Below, piece after piece: positions 28,113 through 37,398 of a stretch of DNA of 64,000 bases. Location of the stretch: NCBI GenBank assembly GCA_012518795.1, contig JAAYRL010000019.1, positions 6,719 to 70,718 on the forward strand. The letters are read 5' to 3'. A model generated the notes under the pieces. The model was not told the origin of the DNA and made no database searches. It saw only the letters and a program-made list of their open reading frames with translations. The position numbers and the translations under genes are program-made. Within the stretch, counting starts at the first letter, position 1; each line of letters begins with the position of its first letter. Origin of the DNA: Clostridiaceae bacterium. Its GTDB lineage: Bacteria; Bacillota; Clostridia; Saccharofermentanales; DTU023.

Positions 28113-28351
28113 TGCCCGTAGTATGTATCCGGGAGATGCCTTGTATGTTCCGGTAAATCTCTTATATATTCCCTGTGAGGATTATTGCGGCATGATCATG
28201 GATCGTTAATAAGGACTTTTGATTGGAAGCTCTATAAAAGATTTGTTACAATTTATGTAGTGATATAAATATCATTAGTTGTATTAATATCAATTTATTT
28301 GCATTAATATTTAATCAGTTTATTTGCATTAATATTTAAAGGAGAAAGCCC

Positions 28352-29047
28352 ATGATTATTTACTTAACAAGCAATCTTTTTACCCCGGACTTAACAGCCC
28401 TCAATCCGGAAAATGAACTTTTGGATTCACTTCGTCAGGATACAAATAATGAAGCTAGTAATTATTTGATTATTGCTGCTGATCCTGATAATGGTGAACA
28501 GAATGACCAAATGTTGGAGCTGACAAAAAAATCTTTTATTGAAAAAGATTTTGCCATCAAAGAAATGGTATTTATGGACAGAAGAAATTGTCAAGATGCC
28601 AAGAGTCTTATCGACAAGGCGGACATAATTATCCTCTTTGGTGGTCATGTCCCAACCCAGAATAAGTTTTTCCAAGAAATTAACCTAAAAGATCTATTAA
28701 CAAATTATAACAAGATCATTATGGGTATCAGTGCCGGATCCATGAACATGGCTAAAGAAGTTTATGCCTTACCGGAAGAAGAAGGAGAAGCGGTTGATCC
28801 CGATTACAAGCGTTTCTTTCCCGGTCTGGGTTTAGTCGAAGAAAGAGTGATTCCACATTCACAAATACTAAAGGATGTTAAGGTAGATGGAATGCTGATG
28901 ATTGATGAAATAGCTAAAGGAGACAGTTTCGGCAATGAGTTTTACGTTATTCCGGACGGTACTTATCTCTATGTCAACCAGGGTAGGAAAGAATGGCGAG
29001 GAAAAGTAGAACTATTAGCAGACGGCACCTTTAGTGACTTCAAGTAA
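28352..29047 (+). CDS. Peptidase S51 family protein (dipeptidase E-like)
   Basis: 231 aa. It has the nucleophile motif GISAGSM and a family-like FGGH segment. A GGAGAAAG RBS is present. Confidence 0.7.
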   Translation: MIIYLTSNLFTPDLTALNPENELLDSLRQDTNNEASNYLIIAADPDNGEQNDQMLELTKKSFIEKDFAIKEMVFMDRRNCQDAKSLIDKADIIILFGGHVPTQNKFFQEINLKDLLTNYNKIIMGISAGSMNMAKEVYALPEEEGEAVDPDYKRFFPGLGLVEERVIPHSQILKDVKVDGMLMIDEIAKGDSFGNEFYVIPDGTYLYVNQGRKEWRGKVELLADGTFSDFK

Positions 29048-29110
29048 TATTTTTTCAGGAGCTTATTACGGACTGAAATACGTTAAGTAGAAAGAGAAAC
29101 AGTAATTAGT

Positions 29111-29150
29111 AAATAACTCAACTTCCCTATATGGTAAAGTTGAGTTATTT
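29111..29150. terminator. Bidirectional terminator hairpin between the convergent S51 peptidase and hsp20 genes
   Basis: AAATAACTCAACTT-(12 nt)-AAGTTGAGTTATTT forms a 14-bp perfect stem with A/T-rich flanks. Confidence 0.7.
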
Positions 29151-29176
29151 AATCTAATTTACTTAATTGAAGATAC

Positions 29177-29602
29177 TTAGTCGCCAAAGTCAATATCTAA
29201 ATATTTCTGGCCATCATCTTCATCTTTCTGTAACTTAGGCAGATTCAGTTTGAGTATGCCATCCTTGTACGAGCCGCTCATCTTGTCCCTGTCGATACCT
29301 CTGATATCAAAACTGCGGTTATATTTACAGGCCCGTCTCTCTTGCAAGACATAGTTCTCATTCTTCTCTTCCCTCTCCCTCTGCTGATCTACAGCAATGG
29401 TCATGGTATTGTCTTCAATGGAAATCTTAATGTCTTCCTTTTCAAGTCCGGGTAGTTCACAGGTAAGTTCATACTGATCACCCTTGTCTACAATATCGGT
29501 GGACATAGTATTATCAAAAATATCAAAAAAGCGATCAAAATTGCGGCCAAAGCCGTTCATAAGTCTGCGGTTTCTACGATCCATTGGTACTAAATTAAAC
29601 AT
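29177..29602 (-). CDS. Hsp20/alpha-crystallin family small heat-shock protein
   Basis: 141 aa. It has an alpha-crystallin domain pattern (DIVDKGDQYELTCELPGLEKEDIKISIEDNTMTI ... GILKLNLPK). Confidence 0.9.
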   Translation of the reverse strand: MFNLVPMDRRNRRLMNGFGRNFDRFFDIFDNTMSTDIVDKGDQYELTCELPGLEKEDIKISIEDNTMTIAVDQQREREEKNENYVLQERRACKYNRSFDIRGIDRDKMSGSYKDGILKLNLPKLQKDEDDGQKYLDIDFGD

Positions 29603-29662
29603 AATTTTACCTCCTTTGTATCTTTCTTATTTCTTATGTTTGCATTTATTATAACTTAAGAC

Positions 29663-29679
29663 TTTGACTATCTTTGACT
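29663..29679 (-). promoter_or_regulatory. CtsR operator upstream of hsp20
   Basis: The minus strand reads AGTCAAAGATAGTCAAA, a perfect (A/G)GTCAAAnan(A/G)GTCAAA. It lies just upstream of a TATAAT at 29653-29648 (minus). Confidence 0.75.
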
Positions 29680-29921
29680 ATTAATATGAAAGAATATGAA
29701 AGAATTTGAATGCACTATCACAGAGTAAAATTCATCTTTTCACCAAAACTTAATCTAATACTGTTTTAGCCAATTTAACAATGAAATGAGGCGATAAGGT
29801 CAATAGTTCAGTTAGTCGGCAGGTTGACATTTTCTTTCATAATCTTCAAAATACATTCATGTTAACTATAATCGTACATATATATTGTATTAAATAAAAT
29901 TATTGGAGGAGAAAAAAACAA

Positions 29922-31169
29922 ATGAAACGTAATTTTTATTTAACTTTTGTTGTTGCTCTGGTACTCTGTCTGGCTATGCTGGCAGGGTGTGCTGACAAAG
30001 GCAAAGAAAAAACTGACAGCACTAAAGCAGATGCACCGGCTGAAAAGGAAACAGAAGCAGCCGAAGATAAGGAAGCTGAAGAAGCTGAAAAATCCGGCGA
30101 TACAGCACCGATCAAATTAGGCGGTATTGGCCCTATTTCCGGTGCCGCAGCTGTATACGGTATCGCGGTGCAAAACGGTGCACAGATTGCCGTTGATGAA
30201 ATCAATGCTTTGGGTGGCATGCAATTTGAACTGAACTTTCAAGATGATGAGCATGACGCAGAAAAATCGGTCAATGCATATAATGTTCTGAAAGATTGGG
30301 GCATGCAAGTATTGGTTGGAACCGTCACCACCGGACCCTGTCTTGACGTGGCAGCAGAAAGTTACAACGACCGCATTTTCACACTGACACCGTCCGCTTC
30401 ATCACCTAAGGTAGTTGAAGGTAAAGATAACGTTTTCCAAATGTGTTTCAGTGATCTGAATCAAGGTATTGCTTCAGCACAATACATTCAGGAAAAAGAA
30501 CTCGCTAAAAAAGTTGCTATTATTTACAACAATGCCGATGCTTATTCAACAGGCATTTATGAAAAGTTTATTAGTGAAGCTGAGACCAGAAATCTTGAAG
30601 TTGTCAGCACTACAACTTTTACAGATGATACAGCAAACGACTTCTCAGTTCAGTTGACCGAGGCACAAAAAGCCGGAGCTGATTTGGTTTTCCTGCCGAT
30701 CTATTACCAACCTGCTTCACTCATTTTGGCACAAGCCAAAGAAATGGACTACGAGCCAACCTTCTTCGGCGTTGATGGTATGGATGGCATTTTGACACTC
30801 GAAAACTTTGACACTGAACTGGCTGAAGGCGTAATGCTTCTGACTCCTTTCGTAGCAGATGCAACAGACGATCTGACAGTAGCATTTGTCGAAAAATATG
30901 ATGAGCTTTACGGCGAAGTACCAAACCAATTTGCCGCTGACGGTTATGATTCAGTTTATGCTATTTATGAAGCCCTTAAAGATAAGGATGTCACTGCTGA
31001 GACATCGGCCAGCGATTTATGCGATTTGCTTATTGACGTATTCAGTGGTGGCGAATTTGAATTCAACGGCCTAACCGGGGATAATATGACTTGGTCGGAA
31101 ACGGGTGAAGTTGCTAAGTCTCCTAAGGGCATGATTATCGAAAATGGTGTTTACGTCGGGATGGATTAA
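29922..31169 (+). CDS. Branched-chain amino-acid ABC transporter substrate-binding lipoprotein (LivJ/K-like)
   Basis: It has the lipobox LAGCAD and a type I PBP pattern (IKLGGIGPISGAAAVYG..NGAQ.AVDEINA.GG). Confidence 0.85.
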   Translation: MKRNFYLTFVVALVLCLAMLAGCADKGKEKTDSTKADAPAEKETEAAEDKEAEEAEKSGDTAPIKLGGIGPISGAAAVYGIAVQNGAQIAVDEINALGGMQFELNFQDDEHDAEKSVNAYNVLKDWGMQVLVGTVTTGPCLDVAAESYNDRIFTLTPSASSPKVVEGKDNVFQMCFSDLNQGIASAQYIQEKELAKKVAIIYNNADAYSTGIYEKFISEAETRNLEVVSTTTFTDDTANDFSVQLTEAQKAGADLVFLPIYYQPASLILAQAKEMDYEPTFFGVDGMDGILTLENFDTELAEGVMLLTPFVADATDDLTVAFVEKYDELYGEVPNQFAADGYDSVYAIYEALKDKDVTAETSASDLCDLLIDVFSGGEFEFNGLTGDNMTWSETGEVAKSPKGMIIENGVYVGMD

Positions 31170-31252
31170 ATCAAGTACAATTACACAACTACCTGCGTTG
31201 GAAAGGCTTCAAAACCTTTTCAACGCTGTTTTTTATACATTTAGGATAAGTT

Positions 31253-32134
31253 ATGACCTTTTTAAGCTATTTAATCTCAGGTATTAGCCTCGGTAGCATT
31301 TATGCAATTATTGCGCTCGGTTATACGATGGTTTATGGTATTGCCAAGATGTTAAACTTTGCCCACGGTGACGTAATCATGGTTGGCGGTTATATGTCAT
31401 TTATAGCAATGATCAATTTCGGCTGGCCTCCGCTTCTTGCTGTATTATTTGCCATAGTTGTTTGTACGGTACTCGGCATCTTGATCGAGCAGCTTGCTTA
31501 CAAACCGTTACGGTCGGCGCCGCCTCTGGCTGTTCTAATTACAGCAATCGGGGTTAGTTATTTTCTGCAAAATGCTGCTCTTTTAATCTTTTCGGCCAAT
31601 CCGAAAAGTTATTCTTCAGTTATCCCTTTCGATGCGTTGCGATTATTTAACGGTCAGTTAGTTATCTCAGGCACAACCATCGTAACAATTATCGTTTGCA
31701 TCGTAATAATTATAGCTCTGAATACTATCGTCAATAAAACAAAGATCGGTAAAGCGATGCGTGCAGTTTCTGAAGACAAAGATGCCGCACAGCTTATGGG
31801 TATAAGCGTAAATAAGACAATCTCTGTAACCTTCGCCATCGGCAGTGCTCTTGCCGCTGTGGCAGGTGTCTTGCTATGCTCAGCTTACCCAATCCTCATG
31901 CCTACAACGGGTGCAATGCCCGGTATTAAGGCGTTTACAGCAGCCGTTTTCGGTGGCATAGGATCCATTCCCGGTGCTTTTCTAGGCGGTATTTTGCTTG
32001 GCATTATTGAGATACTTGGCAAAGCTTACATCTCAACTCAGTTATCCGATGCAATCGTCTTCGCTGTGTTGATTATTATTTTGCTAGTTAAACCGACCGG
32101 CCTTCTCGGGAAAAAAGTATTGGTAAAGGTGTAA
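31253..32134 (+). CDS. livH: Branched-chain amino-acid ABC transporter permease LivH
   Basis: 293 aa and polytopic. The LNFAHGD motif is typical of LivH. Confidence 0.9.
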   Translation: MTFLSYLISGISLGSIYAIIALGYTMVYGIAKMLNFAHGDVIMVGGYMSFIAMINFGWPPLLAVLFAIVVCTVLGILIEQLAYKPLRSAPPLAVLITAIGVSYFLQNAALLIFSANPKSYSSVIPFDALRLFNGQLVISGTTIVTIIVCIVIIIALNTIVNKTKIGKAMRAVSEDKDAAQLMGISVNKTISVTFAIGSALAAVAGVLLCSAYPILMPTTGAMPGIKAFTAAVFGGIGSIPGAFLGGILLGIIEILGKAYISTQLSDAIVFAVLIIILLVKPTGLLGKKVLVKV

Positions 32135-32136
32135 TC

Positions 32137-33207
32137 ATGAGATCCTTACGTTTACGATCTAATATTGATAACTTGCTAACATATGGCCTTGTAATCATCG
32201 CATATATTGTAATGCGTATCCTGATTACCAGTGGCAACATTTCTTCTTCCCTGCAAGGTCAGCTCGTCCCGATTACAGCTTACATCGTCATGGCTGTTTC
32301 ATTAAATTTGACAGTCGGTGTGCTCGGAGAATTGAGCCTCGGACATGCCGGTTTTATGAGTGTGGGTGCTTTCAGCGGTGTCATTACAGCAACCTTGTTA
32401 ACAGACACTATACCAATGACGTGGCTACGCTTAGCCTTGGCTTTACTGATTGGCGGTTTGATTGCCGGGATCTTTGGTTTTCTTATCGGCATCCCCGTTT
32501 TACGATTGCAAGGTGATTATCTGGCAATCGTCACCCTTGCTTTCGGTGAAATTATCAAAAATGTGATGAATACCATCTACCTCGGTTATGACGCAAACGG
32601 CATCCGAATCAGCATGGAAAGCGCCAATGCGCTTCAACTCGCTGAAGACGGTAAGGTTATCTTAAACGGCCCTATGGGTGCAATCGGCATTACAAAGTTA
32701 TCTACGTTTAATGCCGGTTTCGTCCTTATCTTGATTACTCTATTTATTGTTCTTAATCTGATTAACAGCAGGTCGGGACGTGCAATCAAGGCGGTCAGAG
32801 ATGATAAGATCGCAGCCGAGTCCGTCGGAATCTCAAGCTGGCGCTACCGCATGATGGCCTTTGTGACCTCGGCAACGTTAGCAGGTGCTGCAGGTGCTTT
32901 ATATGCTCTCAACTACACCACCGTTGTCGCTCGCAAATTTGATTTTAACACGTCTATTCTTGTCCTGGTTTTTGTTGTTTTAGGTGGTATGGGTAACATT
33001 CGCGGATCGATCATTGCGGCAACAGTCCTAACTGTTTTACCGGAGGTTTTACGTGCCTTTAATGAAGTACGGATGCTTGTCTATGCTGTTATCTTAATCC
33101 TGGTCATGTTGGTCAGAAACAACCTAACTCTTCGACAGCTTTTCCAAAAAATTGGTATAAAGCGAAGAAACTCTCTAGCAAATAACAAGGAAGGAGACGA
33201 TTCATGA
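32137..33207 (+). CDS. livM: Branched-chain amino-acid ABC transporter permease LivM
   Basis: 356 aa and polytopic. It has GELSLGHAGFM and LRLQGDYLAIVTLAFGEI. Confidence 0.9.
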   Translation: MRSLRLRSNIDNLLTYGLVIIAYIVMRILITSGNISSSLQGQLVPITAYIVMAVSLNLTVGVLGELSLGHAGFMSVGAFSGVITATLLTDTIPMTWLRLALALLIGGLIAGIFGFLIGIPVLRLQGDYLAIVTLAFGEIIKNVMNTIYLGYDANGIRISMESANALQLAEDGKVILNGPMGAIGITKLSTFNAGFVLILITLFIVLNLINSRSGRAIKAVRDDKIAAESVGISSWRYRMMAFVTSATLAGAAGALYALNYTTVVARKFDFNTSILVLVFVVLGGMGNIRGSIIAATVLTVLPEVLRAFNEVRMLVYAVILILVMLVRNNLTLRQLFQKIGIKRRNSLANNKEGDDS

Positions 33208-34061
33208 ATAGGGTAAGAAAAAAGACAAAAATGGTACCATTGCCTAGTCAATCAATAGTACCGGAACGTGACGTAGCACAAAAACCGATTCTTGAAGTCA
33301 GCAGACTTGGCATCAATTTCGGCGGTCTTGCTGCAGTGGAAGATTTTAACATTGCCGTCGGTCCCACCGAAATTTCCGGCATAATCGGTCCAAACGGTGC
33401 CGGTAAAACAACCATTTTTAATCTGCTTACAAAAGTCTATCAACCTACAAGCGGTGCGATCTTACTTGATGGCAAGGACACTGCCAACATGAATACGGTG
33501 CAAATCAATCAGGCCGGTATCGCTCGTACTTTTCAAAACATTCGACTCTTTCCCTCTTTGTCGGTTGAAGATAATGTCAAAATCGGCTTACATAATCAAA
33601 TAGGCTACGGTATGTTCAGTGGCATTTTTCGTTTGCCTCGTTTTTTTTCAGGTGAGCGTCGCGCCAGAGAACGTGCAATGGAGTTACTCGATATTTTCGA
33701 TATGACGCATCTCGCATCTCACAGAGCAGGCTCACTCCCCTATGGAGCACAGCGTCGTCTCGAATTAATTCGTGCACTGGCTACGAATCCGAAACTGCTT
33801 TTATTGGATGAACCGGCAGCCGGGATGAATCCTTCCGAGACGGAAGAATTAATGAATAACATTGAGAAAATTCGTGACCGTTTTCAGATTGCAATAATGT
33901 TGATTGAGCACGACATGCGACTAGTTATGGGTATTTGTGAAGGTATTGCTGTGATCAATTATGGCAAAATCATAGCCAAAGGTACTCCGGAGGAAATTCA
34001 AAATAATCCACTCGTAATTGAAGCATACCTGGGCAAAAAGAAAGGTTATCAGCCATGCTAA
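33204..34061 (+). CDS. livG: Branched-chain amino-acid ABC transporter ATP-binding protein LivG
   Basis: It has the Walker A GPNGAGKTT, an ARTFQN segment, a YGAQRRLE signature-like segment and LLLDEPAAG. Confidence 0.9.
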   Translation: MNRVRKKTKMVPLPSQSIVPERDVAQKPILEVSRLGINFGGLAAVEDFNIAVGPTEISGIIGPNGAGKTTIFNLLTKVYQPTSGAILLDGKDTANMNTVQINQAGIARTFQNIRLFPSLSVEDNVKIGLHNQIGYGMFSGIFRLPRFFSGERRARERAMELLDIFDMTHLASHRAGSLPYGAQRRLELIRALATNPKLLLLDEPAAGMNPSETEELMNNIEKIRDRFQIAIMLIEHDMRLVMGICEGIAVINYGKIIAKGTPEEIQNNPLVIEAYLGKKKGYQPC

Positions 34062-34756
34062 ACGTAACCGGTATCCAAGTTTTTTACGGAAATATTCATG
34101 CTATTAAAGATGTCAGTTTTCATGTTAAAGAAGGTGAAATCGTTACATTAATCGGGGCAAATGGCGCCGGTAAGTCTACAATCTTGAAAACGATATCCGG
34201 CTTAATTCGCCCTGTATCCGGTACAATCGAGTTTCTCGGCCAAAGTATAGTTAACGTAAGCTCTCATAAAATCGTGCACAAAGGACTGGTTCATTGTCCC
34301 GAAGGACGCCGCCTCTTCTTGCAGATGAGTGTGGAAGAGAACCTCGAAATGGGTGCCTACTCACGTGAAGACTTCGACATGGACGCTGAAATAGCTGATG
34401 TTTATCAGCGCTTTCCCCGTCTTAAAGAACGACGCAAGCAGTTAGCCGGCTCGCTTTCCGGTGGCGAACAACAAATGTTGGCAATCGGACGTGCGATGAT
34501 GGCAAAACCATCACTGCTTATGCTCGACGAACCATCGATGGGTCTTGCACCTATACTGGTTGAACAGATTTTCGAGATGATCGGCGGACTAAACAATTCC
34601 GGTACAACAATTCTTCTTGTTGAACAAAACGCACAGATGGCACTTTCAATCGCAGATCGTGGCTATGTTCTGGAGACGGGCTCAATTGTAACAACCGGAA
34701 ACTGTACTGATCTTTTGAACAATGAACGAGTAAAGAAAGCCTATCTCGGCGGCTAG
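34055..34756 (+). CDS. livF: Branched-chain amino-acid ABC transporter ATP-binding protein LivF
   Basis: It has the Walker A GANGAGKST, the signature LSGGEQQ and the Walker B LMLDEPS. Confidence 0.9.
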   Translation: MLNVTGIQVFYGNIHAIKDVSFHVKEGEIVTLIGANGAGKSTILKTISGLIRPVSGTIEFLGQSIVNVSSHKIVHKGLVHCPEGRRLFLQMSVEENLEMGAYSREDFDMDAEIADVYQRFPRLKERRKQLAGSLSGGEQQMLAIGRAMMAKPSLLMLDEPSMGLAPILVEQIFEMIGGLNNSGTTILLVEQNAQMALSIADRGYVLETGSIVTTGNCTDLLNNERVKKAYLGG

Positions 34757-34769
34757 ATTCCGGTCAATA

Positions 34770-34883
34770 ACCTTTTTCAAATCAGGAAGTCTCCGGCACT
34801 GCATCATTGCCCATGCATTGGTTGATACTTTTTACTTATCAGTGTGGATGTCTCAAAACTTGTATATACCTCCGGTGGTATGA
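34770..34883 (+). pseudogene. Orphan 3' fragment (38 codons) of a CPBP/CAAX intramembrane protease gene
   Basis: It translates to TFFKSGSLRHCIIAHALVDTFYLSVWMSQNLYIPPVV-stop. The C-terminus of the CPBP gene at 56988-57101 (minus) reads SFLKSGSLRHCIIAHALVDTFNLSVWVFLNLFIPPMV-stop. The DNA is also clearly alignable. Confidence 0.85.
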
Positions 34884-34892
34884 CAGCTTCAT

Positions 34893-35393
34893 TTATTTTT
34901 TTAGAATTCTTTGTTTGGTTTCAATCAATTTTGCGCTATATTTGCTTGCACGAATTATTCCCACAACCAAGGTGATAACAACAAATCCGTCGCAGAAACC
35001 CTCAATAAAATCAAACCACTTTCCTGCCAAGCCGATTCTATTTATAGCTATCCTCACTATTGCTAAAATCAGAGCAAATACAAAAAGTCCATTTACTGTT
35101 TTACTGAAGATATTATTTTCCTCATTACTATATTGAGCTGCTTTTAAAACAGTATCTTTAACATCTGAATCCATTTTTTTGTCCTTCCTTTCTCCACTTA
35201 AGATTTCTCTGAGATCAAGGTCATAGAACTCGGCAATTTCTAAAAGAATAACAATGTCCGGTAAATTCCTGCCTGTTTCCCAACGTGAAACAGTTCTTCT
35301 TGATACATGAAAAATTTCTGCTAATTCTTCCTGTGATAATCCCTTTTCATTGCGTAATTCTTTTAACAGTTGTCCGATTTTCTTTAAGTCCAT
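34893..35393 (-). CDS. XRE-family HTH regulator with C-terminal transmembrane segments
   Basis: The HTH reads GQLLKELRNEKGLSQEELAEIFHVSRRTVSRWETG. Two hydrophobic helices lie at the C-terminus. The start was reassigned to the ATG at 35393, which has a GGAGG RBS at 6 nt. Confidence 0.8.
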   Translation of the reverse strand: MDLKKIGQLLKELRNEKGLSQEELAEIFHVSRRTVSRWETGRNLPDIVILLEIAEFYDLDLREILSGERKDKKMDSDVKDTVLKAAQYSNEENNIFSKTVNGLFVFALILAIVRIAINRIGLAGKWFDFIEGFCDGFVVITLVVGIIRASKYSAKLIETKQRILKK

Positions 35394-35771
35394 GACTGAC
35401 CTCCATGCATCTATATTAGAAAGGTTGTTGAAATTATTACAGGACATAAAAGGACCAGATACAATTAATTTATACTTGAGACATAACGTGTCCTATGGGT
35501 TCGATGCTAGCATATTGTTCTTCCTGAATCAATTTATAATTCGACTTTATAAGTCACAAAGCGAATCATACCTAGCGGTAAAAGGATAAATCGCTTATCT
35601 CCCGGAACCCATGAAGATTAAAAACAATCTCAAAGATGATAAGAGATTGAGCGATCTACTAATAAATGCTATTATTAATATAATTATATATCTCAATGAG
35701 GACGAATAAATCAACCCGAAAAGATAAGTGGTTCCTAGTATAGTTATTACAGCTAGGAGGTGTCGTGTGAC

Positions 35772-37226
35772 ATGCCAGAGCAAGGGAAAAAAAAGATCTT
35801 AGCTTCCATCCTCGAACTGTTTCGTTCAAAAGATTGCTTAAATATTCGCAATGTACGATTTCAGCATTTGAAATATATGCTTATTTTTCCATTGGCTCCC
35901 GTTTTTGCAAATATGCAGGAAGCTTTGTTCAGCAATTCCGTCCATCTTATCGGGCTGGATGGAATGACACTAGTAGGAAGTGCTTATTGTGTAGGCGCAG
36001 GATTATTATTTGCTCTGACAAAATTGAAGACGATCAGTAACATTTCTCATCTCCTGGCTATAACCACAGCAATCACTTTCGTTCTCTGGCTGATAATGCC
36101 TGATAGTCAATTAAACCTGTTTGTAGCAATGCTATTTGCGGTTAGTTTAGGAGGTTGTGCCGCATGCGCATCCTTCGCTTATGTTTTTGTATTGAACAAC
36201 ACGGAGCGGTTCATAGGTGCAGCTTTGATCTCACTTTTTTTCGCACTCAATCAGCTTGATTTCGGACTGTCAATAGTATCAGGAATATTCTCCAAGATAT
36301 ACTTAACAGCGCTCGTAACAGGAACTTGTATTTGTCTTTTATTGTATAAGGCAAGAGATTTTTCCGACGTAAAAGATAATTCAAAAGCTACATTAAACCC
36401 GGCTCTCAAATTAACTCTATATTTTTTTATCGCCCATTACTTTGTGGAGACATTTTACACATATCTTCCCGGCTCATCTACCCAAGCAGCTGTCATAGCA
36501 AACGGAATGACCGGGATATTGGTAATTATTCTTGCAATCACATTGCAGTTTATTACTAAGCGCAGTATCTGGAATATGTGTAATCTGTTTTTTATCGCTA
36601 TAATCTTAACCTATGCCCTATACTTCACGCAGGAAGGTTCTGCTTTTCGAAGTGTTGCCCGCTTCATACACGGTTTTGAACAGCTGGGATATATTGCGGC
36701 TTACTATCTTCTTGGCTGTGTTTTCAAAAAGCATGGCAATTTCCGGCTTTTCAAGCGATGTCTTATCATTGTACTATTAATTAACGCGATGGCCTATGTA
36801 ATCCCCGGCATAATTTCCGTTCATGCTCTCAATTTACTGCCGCTTGTAGCAACTTTTACCTCCAGCTTAGTATTTATTATTTTCATCTTAATGTCCCCTG
36901 CCTACTCCAAGTATTTATTTTTCGCAGATTGGTCGGACGATTTTAATTGTTCCGATATGACAGAATCCTTACGCAATTTGGAACGTTCCGGTATATTGGG
37001 TAATTTAGGGCTTTCCCCGCGTGAAAAAGAAATTACTGTTTTTCTTTTGTCAGGTGAGATTTCAAAACATATTGCAGAAAAATTATTTATCAGTATACAC
37101 ACCGTAAACTTCCACATTAAAAATATTTATAAGAAACTAAATGTTCGGAACCGCGCAGAGTTGTTCGCCAAGTTCAATTCTCCGGATTTATCTTTTTCAG
37201 ATCATAAGGAAGATAAGGAGTCTTAA
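35772..37226 (+). CDS. Polytopic membrane protein with C-terminal LuxR-type HTH
   Basis: It has roughly ten hydrophobic segments followed by LSPREKEITVFLLSGEISKHIAEKLFISIHTVNFHIKNIYKKLNV. The ATG at 35772 is favoured over the GTG at 35760, which overlaps the RBS. Confidence 0.75.
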   Translation: MPEQGKKKILASILELFRSKDCLNIRNVRFQHLKYMLIFPLAPVFANMQEALFSNSVHLIGLDGMTLVGSAYCVGAGLLFALTKLKTISNISHLLAITTAITFVLWLIMPDSQLNLFVAMLFAVSLGGCAACASFAYVFVLNNTERFIGAALISLFFALNQLDFGLSIVSGIFSKIYLTALVTGTCICLLLYKARDFSDVKDNSKATLNPALKLTLYFFIAHYFVETFYTYLPGSSTQAAVIANGMTGILVIILAITLQFITKRSIWNMCNLFFIAIILTYALYFTQEGSAFRSVARFIHGFEQLGYIAAYYLLGCVFKKHGNFRLFKRCLIIVLLINAMAYVIPGIISVHALNLLPLVATFTSSLVFIIFILMSPAYSKYLFFADWSDDFNCSDMTESLRNLERSGILGNLGLSPREKEITVFLLSGEISKHIAEKLFISIHTVNFHIKNIYKKLNVRNRAELFAKFNSPDLSFSDHKEDKES

Positions 37227-37398
37227 AAATACGTTTTCCTTATGATTTTATTAATGATCTTAAAACACCGCTTTATCATGGATGAGAACAGCTATTCACA
37301 TAAACCTACTAAGATTAGTAGTTGTTCTACGTTGGTCATGAGATATAAAATAAAGGTATTAAGAGGATGATGTGAAGAATTAACAAGGGAGGAAAATT

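Larger units (their letters stand above)
23438..28115. mobile_element. Decayed tRNA-adjacent accessory island (two cassette-like segments), no recombinase present
   Basis: It is marked by internal direct repeats (23438-23520 versus 25489-25575, and 25425-25482 versus 28065-28112). It contains one intact and one truncated DUF4143 ATPase and a truncated Fic gene. It begins 8 nt after tRNA-Cys. Confidence 0.4.

Noticed and set aside
23438-28115. Calling the island an intact integrative element, prophage or defence island was considered.
   Set aside because: No integrase, excisionase, replication, transfer or recognisable defence genes are present. Two of its three larger genes are truncated, so only a decayed or non-autonomous element can be supported.
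34807-35136. A 109-aa plus-strand ORF.
   Set aside because: It overlaps the CPBP gene fragment out of frame and runs antisense through the XRE regulator gene. It has no RBS.
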